DNA from: an uncultured Planctomycetia bacterium
Lineage (GTDB): Bacteria > Planctomycetota > UBA8108
Length of the DNA: 63,591 bases
Direction: 5' to 3'
NCBI GenBank assembly: GCA_964392615.1
Contig: CAYMRB010000004.1
Location: 1-63,591, forward strand
This document shows, one piece after another, positions 50,058 through 62,616 of this stretch. The notes beneath the pieces are model-generated. The model was not told the DNA's origin. It did not search any database and was given only the letters and a program-made list of their open reading frames with translations. Every line of letters begins with the position of its first letter. Position 1 is the stretch's first letter. A program made the position numbers and the translations under genes.

Positions 50058-50630
50058 TTATCGGAGCCGTGAGCGGTATGCCGGGAGTCCGAACAGCGCT
50101 CGCGCCTCGGGCTTCACGAGCGTGATGATCGCGAAGACGCCGAGCACCGTGCCGACCGGCATCCAGAAGCAGGCCCATGCGGAGCCGACGAGCGCGAGGG
50201 TCCACCCGCGCCTGCGGCGGAACGCGACACCGGTCGCAACGTACATCGCCGCGGACAGGACGATGAACACCATCGCGGCACCGATAATCCAGATGAACAC
50301 GTCGAAGATCTCGAAGATGTCGTCATGCGAGGAATGTGACGCATCCAACCGCGCCTCGATCTCGCGACGCGATCGTTGGTGCGTCTCTTCCTCATCGCCG
50401 AACCTCGACTTCGCGTCGGGCGATCTCACCTGCACGGTGGTGCGCCGCTCATTGCTTTCGGCCAGGTCACGCTCGAGCTCGCCGAACGTGAACTGCATGA
50501 CGGCGAGTTGGAGAACCAGCACCGCCACGCCGGCCAGGTGCATCCCCGCGGCGATGAAGTAGAAGATCGACAGAAGACGGCAGTGCTCGCGGACGCGCTG
50601 CGTGCTCTCGCCGCTATCGGGTGTCGTCAT
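50058..50630 (-). CDS. Hypothetical membrane protein
   Basis: LLSIFYFI..., PVGTVLGVFAIITL. Confidence 0.7.
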   Translation of the reverse strand: MTTPDSGESTQRVREHCRLLSIFYFIAAGMHLAGVAVLVLQLAVMQFTFGELERDLAESNERRTTVQVRSPDAKSRFGDEEETHQRSRREIEARLDASHSSHDDIFEIFDVFIWIIGAAMVFIVLSAAMYVATGVAFRRRRGWTLALVGSAWACFWMPVGTVLGVFAIITLVKPEARALFGLPAYRSRLR

Positions 50631-50661
50631 GCTTCGCCCCTCCGGTTTCGAGTGGTCAGCG

Positions 50662-51432
50662 TCAGAGTCGCTGCAAGTGGAACCCGCCGTCGACGTCGAA
50701 CGCGGCGCCGGTCGAGAAGTCGAAGTCGCCGCCCGTGAGCGCGCGCACGGCCCGCGCGACGTCCTCCGGCTGTCCCCAGCGGCGGAACGGCGTCAGACCC
50801 TCGGCGAAGAGCTTGTCGTACTTGTCCTTCGCCGCGGCGGTCATGTCGGTCGCGATGATGCCCGGTCGGACCTCGTTGACGGGGATCTCGTAGTCGGCCA
50901 GCGCATCCGCGAAGAGCTTCGTCAGCATGCCCGTCCCGGCCTTCGCCAGGCAGTAGTCGCCGCGCAGCACGCTCGACGTGTACTCGGACAGGCTCGAGAT
51001 GTTGACGATGTAGAGCCGCCGTTCCGGGTGCTTCTCGCGCATCTCGACCATCCACCGGGCGACGGCCTGCGTCAGGAAGTACGGGCCTTTCAGATTGACG
51101 TCGAGCGTGCGGTCGTAGTGCTCCTCGGTCGACTCGAGCACGCTGATTCGCTCGCGAGGCGCCAGCGCGGCGTTGTTGACGAGCACATCGAGGCGGTCGA
51201 ACTCGGCGCGGATCGCGGCGACGAGCGCGTCGCGGTCGTCGCGGCTCGAGATGTCGGCGCGGACCGCGAGCGCGCGGCGGCCGACGGCCTCGATGTCGCG
51301 GACGACCTCCTCCGCGGCGTCAGGACGGGTCGCATAGTTGACGACGAGATCGTATCCGGCACGGGCGAGCTCGACGGCGATGGCGCGGCCGATGCCGCGA
51401 GAGGCTCCAGTGACGAGGGCGACAGGGGACAT
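50662..51432 (-). CDS. SDR-family oxidoreductase (3-ketoacyl-ACP reductase-like)
   Basis: TGASRGIG, NNA, YCLAK. Confidence 0.93.
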   Translation of the reverse strand: MSPVALVTGASRGIGRAIAVELARAGYDLVVNYATRPDAAEEVVRDIEAVGRRALAVRADISSRDDRDALVAAIRAEFDRLDVLVNNAALAPRERISVLESTEEHYDRTLDVNLKGPYFLTQAVARWMVEMREKHPERRLYIVNISSLSEYTSSVLRGDYCLAKAGTGMLTKLFADALADYEIPVNEVRPGIIATDMTAAAKDKYDKLFAEGLTPFRRWGQPEDVARAVRALTGGDFDFSTGAAFDVDGGFHLQRL

Positions 51433-51524
51433 GCGGGATGGTAGGGGGCTCGAAGGGCGGCCAAAGGCCAGAAGGGCAACTGACGCTGGATTCCTGTCGG
51501 CGGACGCGATAGGTTGCGCCCACC

Positions 51525-53063
51525 ATGAGCGATCAGACTACACCCCACGCCTCGGATGGCAAAGTCCGGGTCCGCTTCGCGCCGTCTCCGACCGGCTACC
51601 TGCACATCGGCGGAGCGCGTACGGCCCTGTTCAACTGGCTTCTCGCGCGCGGCTCGGGCGGCGCGTTCGTGCTGCGCATCGAGGACACCGACCGCGAGCG
51701 ATCGACGCCCGAAGCGACGCAGGTGATCCTCGACGGCATGCGCTACCTCGGCCTCGACTGGGACGAGGGACCAGAGGTCGGCGGCGAGTACGGTCCGTAC
51801 TTCCAGACCGAGCGCGACGCGGTGCACCGCGAGATGGTCGATCAGCTGCTCGCGGCGGGGAAGGCGTACCGTTGCTTCTGCAGCAAGGAGCGCCTGACCG
51901 AACTGCGCGAGGGTCAGGAGAAGCGCAAGGAACGCCGCCACTACGATCGTCGCTGTTTCGCACTCTTGGCCGACGAGATCGAGTCACGTGTCGCGGCAGG
52001 GGAGCCGTCCGTCGTGCGTTTCCGCGTGCCGGAGGGGAGCACGGTTGTCGACGATCTGATCCGTGGTCGCGTTTCCATCGACTGCGCCGAGATCGAGGAC
52101 TTCATCATCGCGCGAGCGGACGGCACGCCGGTCTACAACCTCGCGGTCGTCGCCGACGATCATGGCATGGGCATCACGCACGTCGTGCGCGGCGAGGACC
52201 ACCTGACGAATACCCCGAAGCAGGTCCTCATCTTCGAAGCGCTCGGCCTGCCCGTGCCGCAGTACGGCCATATGTCGCTCACGCTCGGTCCGGATGGCGG
52301 GAAGCTGTCGAAGCGCCACGCCAAGCTCGGAATCATGGTCGCGGTTCGGGAGTACGAGGAAAAGGGCTACCTGCCCGAGGCGATGATCAACTTCCTCGTG
52401 CGGCTCGGCTGGTCGTACGACGACAAGACCGAGATCTTCTCGCGAGACGAGTTGATCAAGCTCTTCTCGCTCGATCGCGTCGTCAAGTCCGGCGCGGTTT
52501 ACGATCTGAAGAAGCTCAACCATCTCGGTGCTCACTACATGCGCGAGCGCCCGGCGGACGAGGTCGTCGCGATGGCGATCCCGCACCTCGTGCGGGCCGG
52601 ACTCGTCTCGGAGGGCGACGCTGCAGAGGGCGGTGCGCAGCACGAGCGCATCCGCCGCATGGTCGCGCTCGCGAAGGATCGCGTGTCGTTCGTCGCCGAG
52701 ATCGTCGACGCGGTGCGGTACTACTTCGAGGACCCGCAGGAGCCCGACAAGGGTGCCAAGAAGGGGCTGCGCAAAAAAAAGAACGCTGTGCCGCTCGTCA
52801 AGCGATGGGCCGAGAAGCTCGACGCCGACTTCCCCGGCGACGGCTGGGGTCTCGATGACCACGAAGCGCTCGAGGCGCACGCGACGGCGTTTCTCGAGGC
52901 GGAGGGAGCCGGCCTCGGCGATCTCGCTCAGCCGGTGCGCGCGATGGTCTCCGGCCGCGGCGCGACGCCCGGGCTCTTCGAGGTGCTCGCGATTCTCGGC
53001 AAGAAGACGTGCCTCGAGCGACTGGCGCGGATCGACGATTGGGTCGTGATCGCGACCTCGTGA
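51525..53063 (+). CDS. gltX: Glutamate--tRNA ligase
   Basis: RFAPSPTGYLHIGG, LRIEDTD, RGEDH, KLSKR, anticodon-binding C-terminus. Confidence 0.97.
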   Translation: MSDQTTPHASDGKVRVRFAPSPTGYLHIGGARTALFNWLLARGSGGAFVLRIEDTDRERSTPEATQVILDGMRYLGLDWDEGPEVGGEYGPYFQTERDAVHREMVDQLLAAGKAYRCFCSKERLTELREGQEKRKERRHYDRRCFALLADEIESRVAAGEPSVVRFRVPEGSTVVDDLIRGRVSIDCAEIEDFIIARADGTPVYNLAVVADDHGMGITHVVRGEDHLTNTPKQVLIFEALGLPVPQYGHMSLTLGPDGGKLSKRHAKLGIMVAVREYEEKGYLPEAMINFLVRLGWSYDDKTEIFSRDELIKLFSLDRVVKSGAVYDLKKLNHLGAHYMRERPADEVVAMAIPHLVRAGLVSEGDAAEGGAQHERIRRMVALAKDRVSFVAEIVDAVRYYFEDPQEPDKGAKKGLRKKKNAVPLVKRWAEKLDADFPGDGWGLDDHEALEAHATAFLEAEGAGLGDLAQPVRAMVSGRGATPGLFEVLAILGKKTCLERLARIDDWVVIATS

Positions 53064-55690
<2,627 letters not shown>

Positions 55691-55691
<1 letters not shown>

Positions 55692-56635
55692 TACTCTCTC
55701 GCGTGTGGCGTCCGCTTCGCTGCGGCGACCAGCGCGTCGTAGTTCGTGATCCGCGCGTTGTTCGCCCAGTGGCGGTACTTCAGGACCAATCCGGCACCGT
55801 CTTCCAGATTCACCGTACCCTGCTCGCGCACCACCCGCTGTCCTTCCGGACCGAGCAGCCACTCGCGGAACACCTTCTGGGACGCGTTCAAGTGCGGCGG
55901 GTGGGCGAGGTAGAGCGGACGGAAGTACGGGTAGCGCCCGGCGGCGATGTTCCGCGCGGATGGCTCGACGCCGTCGATCTTCAGAATCTTGAGGTTGCGT
56001 CTACGAGCGCTGGAAACGCCGGATACGCCGATCCCAGCGGGCGAGCGCTCCAGCAGTCTCTCGATCGGCCCGCTGCTCTGGAGTCGGATGACGCGCTTTC
56101 CGTAATCGGCCTCGGGGTCGCCGAAGATCAGGAGTCGCGTCATGTACCCGACGCCGGATACCTTGCCCTTGCGAGCGAGCACGACGATACGGCCGCGGTC
56201 GCCGCCGAGCTCACCCCAATCGGTGATCTTCTGCTGCAGCACCTGGACGAGCTGCTTGCTGGTGATCGAGTCGATCGGGTTGGACGGATGGACGACGGCT
56301 ACCAACGCATCCCAGGCCACGACGGTCAGCGCGAGCGGTAGCTTGTCCTCGCCGCGAGACTCGAGCCGGTGGCGGCAGGTGCCGCCGAAATCGGCCCCGC
56401 CCTGGCCGGCGGATTCGATACCCAAGGTAGCGCCACCGCCGGACAGCCGGATCGAAACCCCGGTCTGCGCGCGGTAGACCTCGGCGCAGCGCCCCATGAA
56501 CGCCTTCTTCGTGACCCCGCAGCCCCGCCACGTCAGAGACGGAGGCGAGTCATCCTGAGACCGCGTTGTCGGACTGCCGAGAATGCACGCGCAACCGAGG
56601 AGCAAAGAACTCCACGGACGTGTGTTTGCCAACAT
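55691..56635 (-). CDS. PstS-like periplasmic substrate-binding protein
   Basis: Signal peptide; [42 protein letters not shown]. Confidence 0.85.
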
Positions 56636-56699
56636 AACGTCTCTTCATCGGCGGAAATCGAGTGTCGGCTTGACGCCCTGTCGGGCAGATCTCGCCGAT

Positions 56700-56973
56700 T
56701 GAACGACGGGAGGCTGCGCGGAGTTGCCGACGATGGAGGAGGCGGACTGGCCTGCTCGGCGTGGCGACGTTCGACGACGACAACGGCACCGGCAACCCGA
56801 TCGACATCGTCGCGCTGAGCCAGGGGCGACTCGTGGGGCTATCGGAGAACGGCGGCGTCAGCCGGAGCAGCAGGCGATCACGCTTTCGCGTGGACCAGCC
56901 GTTGGGCCGACCGACCGTCGCCGGCAACACTCAGTTGACCGAGGTGACGGTGGCGGACCAGCTGCGGCACTGA
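56700..56973 (+). pseudogene. Possible degraded fragment of a secreted-protein gene
   Basis: Short protein-like segments (GLLGVATFDDDNGTGNPIDIVAL; QPEQQAITL) in different frames. Confidence 0.25.
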
Positions 56974-56977
56974 CGAC

Positions 56978-58243
56978 CTACTTCCCGCCGATCGAGATCA
57001 GGTGGCCGTACGTGCGCAGGTACATGCGACCGCCGGAGATCACCGGCGTCCCCCGGCTGCGTTCGCCGAGCGAATTTCGCGCCAGGACCTTGAACTCGTC
57101 GGAGGCGGCGAGGACCCAGACCACGCCGCTCTCGTCGATGCAGTACATCCGGTTCTGCACGCAGATCGGCGATCCGGAGAACGCTGGCCGGCCCTCGAGG
57201 CGTTGCTGCCAGATCTTCTTGCCGGTGGCGGCCTCGTACGAGCTCACCACGCCGCCCTTGTCAGCCCAGACGTAGAGTCGGCCATCCTTGAAGAGCGGTG
57301 TCGGCACGTAGCCGACCGCGGATCGGATTCGGTACGCCTCGTGGGTTGCAGCCACGTCGCCTTTGCCGCCGCGCCGGGTGGCGACGAGGTAGTTGCCGCC
57401 GCCCCCCGAGCCGCACGTGCCGATCACGAGGTCGCCCGCGAGTACGGGCGACGAGACCGTGCGCAGCGAGAAGCACTTGTTCGACCACGCCGGCTTGCCG
57501 GTTCGCGCCTCGACGCTCGTGATGCCATGCGCGATGCTGTTGAACACGATCCGCGGCGTGCCGCCCTTCGTCTCGTACACACACGGAGTGCAGTACGACA
57601 CTCGTGCCGTCGTGCGCGGCGTCTTCCAGCGCACCTCGCCGGTCTTCAGATCGAGACCGAGCAGGCAGCTTCCCGCGTCGACCGTGCCGCGGCCGCCCTG
57701 CTCGTTCGACACGATCAGCAAGTCCTCGAACACGATTGGCGACGCGGCGTGTCCGTGACTCGCGACGAATCCACCGAGAGTGCGTCGCCAGAGCTCCTCG
57801 CCCGCGTGGCTCCAGGCGACGATTTCATTCTTCTTCGGATTGCAGATGTTGACGTACACCGCGTCGGCCGTCAGCGCCGGTGTGCTGGACGCGAAGCTGT
57901 TGCGGTTGTGGACGCGGTGTGGCGCGTTGTCGACGCCGCGCTTCCACCGCATCGCTCCGTCGCGCGTGCTCAGGCACACGAGGTCGAGCGTCTTGCCGTC
58001 GTCGACAGACGTCGTCAGGAAGATCTTGTCGCCCCAGATAACCGGCTGCGAGTGGCCGATGCCGGGTACCGCGACGCGCCAATTGGTGTCGGCTTCGGCA
58101 AACTTGACGGGAATGCCGGTCGCGTCGCTGAGCCCCGTGCCGTTGGGGCCGCGAAAGCGCGTCCATTCCTGAGCGCGCGATATCTCGGGAGTCGACAGGA
58201 GGGCGGCGAGCAGTACGGTGGCGATCAGAGCGGTGAGTCGCAT
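56978..58243 (-). CDS. PQQ-binding-like (BamB-like) beta-propeller protein
   Basis: WTRFRGPNGTG, GHSQPVIWG, SSTP, repeated TGxxxW. Confidence 0.92.
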   Translation of the reverse strand: MRLTALIATVLLAALLSTPEISRAQEWTRFRGPNGTGLSDATGIPVKFAEADTNWRVAVPGIGHSQPVIWGDKIFLTTSVDDGKTLDLVCLSTRDGAMRWKRGVDNAPHRVHNRNSFASSTPALTADAVYVNICNPKKNEIVAWSHAGEELWRRTLGGFVASHGHAASPIVFEDLLIVSNEQGGRGTVDAGSCLLGLDLKTGEVRWKTPRTTARVSYCTPCVYETKGGTPRIVFNSIAHGITSVEARTGKPAWSNKCFSLRTVSSPVLAGDLVIGTCGSGGGGNYLVATRRGGKGDVAATHEAYRIRSAVGYVPTPLFKDGRLYVWADKGGVVSSYEAATGKKIWQQRLEGRPAFSGSPICVQNRMYCIDESGVVWVLAASDEFKVLARNSLGERSRGTPVISGGRMYLRTYGHLISIGGK

Positions 58244-58285
58244 GCGACGGTGTTCTCTCTCGGTCTCGTTTGTTTCGGGGCGATC

Positions 58286-59938
58286 TCAGCGTGCGGACGA
58301 CTCGAGCGCGCGGTAGGCCTTCAATGCGGTCTCGTACTCCGCGATGGCCGCGGGGGGCAGCACGCCTCGGCTGCGCTCGATCTGCCGCCGAACCCGTTCG
58401 ACCAGATACTGTACTTCCTCCCGCCGGGGGCGAAGCGGCTTTCCCGCGACGTCGATGTGGACCGGACTCGAGTGCGCGAAGCGCACGCGTCCGTCGGGGA
58501 GCGTCGCGAAGGCGCGCACGGCGATCCACGCCGACCCGTCGATCTGCACGGTCTCGGCGAAGCGCGTTGTCAGCGCGCCTGCGTCCGTGCGCGTCGCCTG
58601 GGCGTCGATCGTGCGCACGACTTCGCCATTGACGACGATCTCGAGGCTCGACAACGGCCGCGGACCGACGACCTCGCCGGCGACGCGGAACGAGCGCCCC
58701 GCACCGAATGCGGCGCCATCGAACCGGAAGCGGTGTCCCGGCGGCTGGTCGTCGACGCGAACGAACAGCATGGGCTCGGTCGTCACGAAGCTGCGACCGG
58801 CATCGAGACCGCGAACCCACGCGTCGTAGTCGAATCCGTCCGGCAGCTCGACATAGACGCGCCCGAAGCCGAGTGGCACCGGATGCACTCCCGACGCCGT
58901 GCCGGCCGTCGGCCGCAGCCGGAAGCCGCAATCGAGCAGCGCGTAGTAGTTCGCGAAGCCGAACTCGATCCAGCCACGCTCCGTGCTCCGATCGACTCGC
59001 ATGTAGTCGGCGGGCTCCTCGCCCCAGTTCTTGAACAGGAACTCGGTGCGCCAGACGTGATTGTTCGACAGCTCGAACAGGTCGACGTTCATGATCGGGA
59101 CGATCGCCATCGACCACGGCCAGTTGTGCTTGTCGAGCTCGATGAGTCCGCCTTCGCGGCGGGTCTTCGCGGCGATCGGCGCGACCGGCGGCGCGCCTTC
59201 GGAAAACGTCTCGCGGTGGTTCAGCAGGAACACAGCGCCAAGCGTGTGCCGCTTGCCGCCGACGCTGAAGATCTCGTACTCCGTGTTGCGCGGCCAGATC
59301 ACGTGCGTGTCGTCGACGCGGATCAGCTCGCGCCCCGGCTCGGGATTGAGCTTGGCCCCGGCGGTCGCCGACGGGCGGCGCGGTGCCTCGAACGCCTTCG
59401 TCACCCAGTAGACGAGCGGAAACGTCACGTTGAGGTCTTCCGCGGCGACGATATTGGGCAGATCCGCAAGGGATCGGTGGACGTGCGTGTCGCCCGAGTA
59501 CCAGCCGCGCGCGGCCATGTCGATCCAGCGGCGCAGCGGGATGTCGACACGCGCCGGGCGATCGGTGATCCGGAGGTCGACCGACTTCGGGAGGTACTCC
59601 TTGCCGCGCTCCGCGATCAGCGTGTAAGAGCCCGGCGGCAGGTCGGCCTCGAATGCGTGCGCCGACAGCGTCGTGTGTCTCTCGAAGCTCCGTCCGCGCT
59701 GCCTGTCGTAGACGACGGCCGAGCCGCGTGGGTCGGAGGAGCGCGCGAAGAAGTGCTTGCCGTCGTCACCGCGGATGTAGAGCCGCGCGGCGACAGCCTG
59801 GCCTGTCGCGGCATCGGTGATGCGACCGTTGACGCGGACCGACCGATCGTCGCCCAGCGCGAGCGTGCCCGCGAACAGAACCGCGGTCAGGGCGGGTAGC
59901 CAGGCGACCTTCCGTGGCGGGCTGTTTGGAATGGGCAT
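58286..59938 (-). CDS. Secreted CehA/McbA-family (PHP-like) metallohydrolase
   Basis: GWYSGDTHVHR, TAGTASGVHP, GRSFVT, FAHSSP. Confidence 0.8.
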   Translation of the reverse strand: MPIPNSPPRKVAWLPALTAVLFAGTLALGDDRSVRVNGRITDAATGQAVAARLYIRGDDGKHFFARSSDPRGSAVVYDRQRGRSFERHTTLSAHAFEADLPPGSYTLIAERGKEYLPKSVDLRITDRPARVDIPLRRWIDMAARGWYSGDTHVHRSLADLPNIVAAEDLNVTFPLVYWVTKAFEAPRRPSATAGAKLNPEPGRELIRVDDTHVIWPRNTEYEIFSVGGKRHTLGAVFLLNHRETFSEGAPPVAPIAAKTRREGGLIELDKHNWPWSMAIVPIMNVDLFELSNNHVWRTEFLFKNWGEEPADYMRVDRSTERGWIEFGFANYYALLDCGFRLRPTAGTASGVHPVPLGFGRVYVELPDGFDYDAWVRGLDAGRSFVTTEPMLFVRVDDQPPGHRFRFDGAAFGAGRSFRVAGEVVGPRPLSSLEIVVNGEVVRTIDAQATRTDAGALTTRFAETVQIDGSAWIAVRAFATLPDGRVRFAHSSPVHIDVAGKPLRPRREEVQYLVERVRRQIERSRGVLPPAAIAEYETALKAYRALESSAR

Positions 59939-60021
59939 GCCGCGACCGTACGCGTGGATCCGCCCGTTCTCCAGGGGATTTCGCGGGCGCCGGACGCGGA
60001 CGCCGGGCCGTCAGGTCGAGC

Positions 60022-60357
60022 TCAGACCGCGTCGGTCGTCGGATCGCAGACGACTAGGAATGTCACGCCGGTCGTCGTCGTGATCGGCGAGGCCTTCGAG
60101 CCCTTCGGCACGACGCGCAGCGTGCCCTCCTGATACACGACGCCCTGGCTCTCGTACTCGCCCTTCAGGACGTAGTGCTGCACTGTTCCTGCATGCGTGG
60201 GCGGATCGATCGTGCCCGCCGGTGCCAGTCGCACCAGAAGCGTCTTCGATCCCGTCGTTCGATCCTCACGCAGAACTTTGACGTGAGGGGTCCCCGCGAA
60301 CTCACTCGACCCCTGCCACTGGATGGCTGGAGCGTACACGGCCGACACGGACTTCAT
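60022..60357 (-). CDS. ChrR-like cupin protein
   Basis: TLLVRLAPAG...THAGTVQHYVLKG. Confidence 0.75.
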   Translation of the reverse strand: MKSVSAVYAPAIQWQGSSEFAGTPHVKVLREDRTTGSKTLLVRLAPAGTIDPPTHAGTVQHYVLKGEYESQGVVYQEGTLRVVPKGSKASPITTTTGVTFLVVCDPTTDAV

Positions 60358-60462
60358 CGCCTTCTTCGCCTCCGAAGACCTCTATTCGGGAAGTGGAGAG
60401 CTTCCCCCTTTTCTATTGATATCGGCACCGGGCGGACCTGACCATGAAACATTCTCGGCAGA

Positions 60463-61662
60463 TCACGATTTTTTTTGCCGCTGCGTGACGCTCGGCCGGG
60501 CGATCGCCCCGGCCGATCCGGAATCGCCGCGCATCAGTTGATGGGCATCGCTCGTCGCGTCGCCGCCGGCGAGCTCGAACACGCACCAGTCGTCCGTCGA
60601 TTCCCCGCTCCAGAGCCGATCGCGGAGCACACGAGCGACGAGTCCGAAGCTGCAACGCGCGTTGATCTCGGCGAGTGGGTGGATCCGTACGTCGTCCGTA
60701 CGGGGATCGCGCCAGCGGAAGCCGTCGACGACGAACGCGCCGCGGTAGCCGCGTTCGCGGAGTCGCTCGCCGACCGTCTCGACGACGCGATCGACGTCCG
60801 GGAGCTCGCTCGAGAACACGCCGTCATCGGGAGGTACGGCGACACCCTGCACCGTTCCCGTGCCGGCCACGACGAGCCGGTGGCTGAATCGCCACCGCGT
60901 GCCGACGTCGTCGACGATCCCGCCGGCGCCGAAGTCCTCGACGCGGTCGAGCCACGGCTCCCACACGAGGGGGCCGTGCTCGGCGAAGAGACGTTCGACC
61001 CGGCGTCGCTCCGCTGGATCCAGCCGGGCGCCGCGACCGAGCGCTCGCGACCGCCCGGCGGCCGAGAACCGCGCCTTCAGCACCCAGCTCGTGCCGAGCC
61101 TCGCGTCGGGGCCGACGGAGACCTGTCGCAGCGCATCCTCGAGCTCGCGAACGTCCTCGACGAGGCGCGCTCCCGGCAACGCGACGTCGAGCTCGCGCGC
61201 GATCTCGAGCGCGAAGGCTCGATCGTTGACCGCAGCGGCGACGTCCGGCGCACAGCCGCTCCACACGGCGGCGGACGCGGACGGCGGCAGCGGATCGTCG
61301 TGGGCGTCTTTCAGCGAGGGCGCGCCCCGCGCGCGAAGCGCGGCGACGGCGGGCGTCTCGCCCCATGCCAGCACCGCGCCGAACCCTGCGAGCTCGTCGA
61401 GCGGGCCGCTGACGAGCGTCGGCATCGCGAGCCCCGGGAGCGGCCCGAGGTGGCGCTCGGCCACCGGCTCCGGGGTCCACAGGACGTCGCCGTCGCGCGC
61501 GAACGCCCGCATCGCGGTCGCCATCCGCGAGATGCGTTCCCTGACGCCGCGCGGCAGCGGTCGCCGCGGTGCCGAGCCGCCGATCCCGGCGACGCGCGCC
61601 ATCTCGGCCTCGCAGTCGAGGTTCGCGACGATCAGCCGCGGCGGGACGGCGGCGTCCGTCAC
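60463..61662 (-). CDS. ATP-grasp-like hypothetical protein
   Basis: ANLDCE, VNDRAF, WVLKARFSAAGR, VWEPWLDR, VDGF, EINAR. Confidence 0.75.
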   Translation of the reverse strand: MTDAAVPPRLIVANLDCEAEMARVAGIGGSAPRRPLPRGVRERISRMATAMRAFARDGDVLWTPEPVAERHLGPLPGLAMPTLVSGPLDELAGFGAVLAWGETPAVAALRARGAPSLKDAHDDPLPPSASAAVWSGCAPDVAAAVNDRAFALEIARELDVALPGARLVEDVRELEDALRQVSVGPDARLGTSWVLKARFSAAGRSRALGRGARLDPAERRRVERLFAEHGPLVWEPWLDRVEDFGAGGIVDDVGTRWRFSHRLVVAGTGTVQGVAVPPDDGVFSSELPDVDRVVETVGERLRERGYRGAFVVDGFRWRDPRTDDVRIHPLAEINARCSFGLVARVLRDRLWSGESTDDWCVFELAGGDATSDAHQLMRGDSGSAGAIARPSVTQRQKKS

Positions 61663-62441
61663 TGGCCGCTCTCTTCCAGCAGACGGATGAACTCTTCGTC
61701 GAGGCCCGCGGCCAGGCGGCTATCGCGGTGAAAGGTCTTGCCCTTCGCGAGCGCTGGCCGCAGTGGCCAGGTGACGTTCGCGCAGTAGGCGTCCCACATC
61801 GTCTGCTCCGGCTCCTTGAGCTGCTCGAGCCACTTCCAGCCGAAGTACACGTGACCGACCTCGTCGTCGTGGATCTGCTCCACCGCGAGCGCCGACTTCT
61901 CGTCACCCGCCTTGCGCATGATGGCGGCCGAGTCCACCGCGTGATCGAGGTTGGCGCCTTCGAATGTCAGCGACATCGCGCAGACGAACTGAATCGGCGT
62001 CGAGATCGTCCGGGCCTTGGACCAGAAGTACCCGCTGACGGGGAAATCGCCGAACTCGCCGCCATGGCTGCGCAAGCGGCCGATGTAGAGCCGCGTGTGC
62101 CGCTGTTCTTCATAGAGGATCTGCAGGATGCCGCGGCGAAACTCGGCCGGCGCCGTCGGGAACGCGAGCAGCGCCCACGCGAAGAGCTCGGTCGCCTGGA
62201 GCTCGTGGTTCGCGTAGGAGTGCAGAATGCGCCGCCGCTGCTGCGGGTCGTGGAAGCCCTCGATCGACGGGACGCGCGTCTTCGATCCCGGCTGGATGCA
62301 CAGCGCCGGCGGCCGCGACGGCCCCTCGAGAAGCAGCGGTTCGCCGGGGTCGTCGTCGGTGAGGGGTTCGGTCGGCGTCGTCAGCTTGTCGTCGAGCTCT
62401 TCCGACGAGATGACTCGAATCGCGAACTCGCGGATCTCCAT
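61659..62441 (-). CDS. DUF455-family ferritin-like (di-iron) protein
   Basis: LHSYANHELQATEL, EEQRH, FEGANLD, DEVGHV; ATG 62441 with AGGAG RBS. Confidence 0.85.
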   Translation of the reverse strand: MEIREFAIRVISSEELDDKLTTPTEPLTDDDPGEPLLLEGPSRPPALCIQPGSKTRVPSIEGFHDPQQRRRILHSYANHELQATELFAWALLAFPTAPAEFRRGILQILYEEQRHTRLYIGRLRSHGGEFGDFPVSGYFWSKARTISTPIQFVCAMSLTFEGANLDHAVDSAAIMRKAGDEKSALAVEQIHDDEVGHVYFGWKWLEQLKEPEQTMWDAYCANVTWPLRPALAKGKTFHRDSRLAAGLDEEFIRLLEESGQ

Positions 62442-62616
62442 CGCATCGCTCCTGTCGCCCTGACTGCGGACTCCAACGGGCTGCTCAGGAGTTGTACCGA
62501 TGTGCGGAGATCTTGTCACGGATGCGTCCGGGACGCTTCTGTGAGGGTGAAGGGACGGTAGTTCCGGGCTCAGCGGCAAGCAGACCCCGAACCCACACAA
62601 AGCTCTCGGAGGACAC

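Noticed and set aside
57002-59899. 965-aa + strand ORF and other long antisense ORFs
   Set aside because: Antisense to well-supported genes; expected in high-GC DNA.
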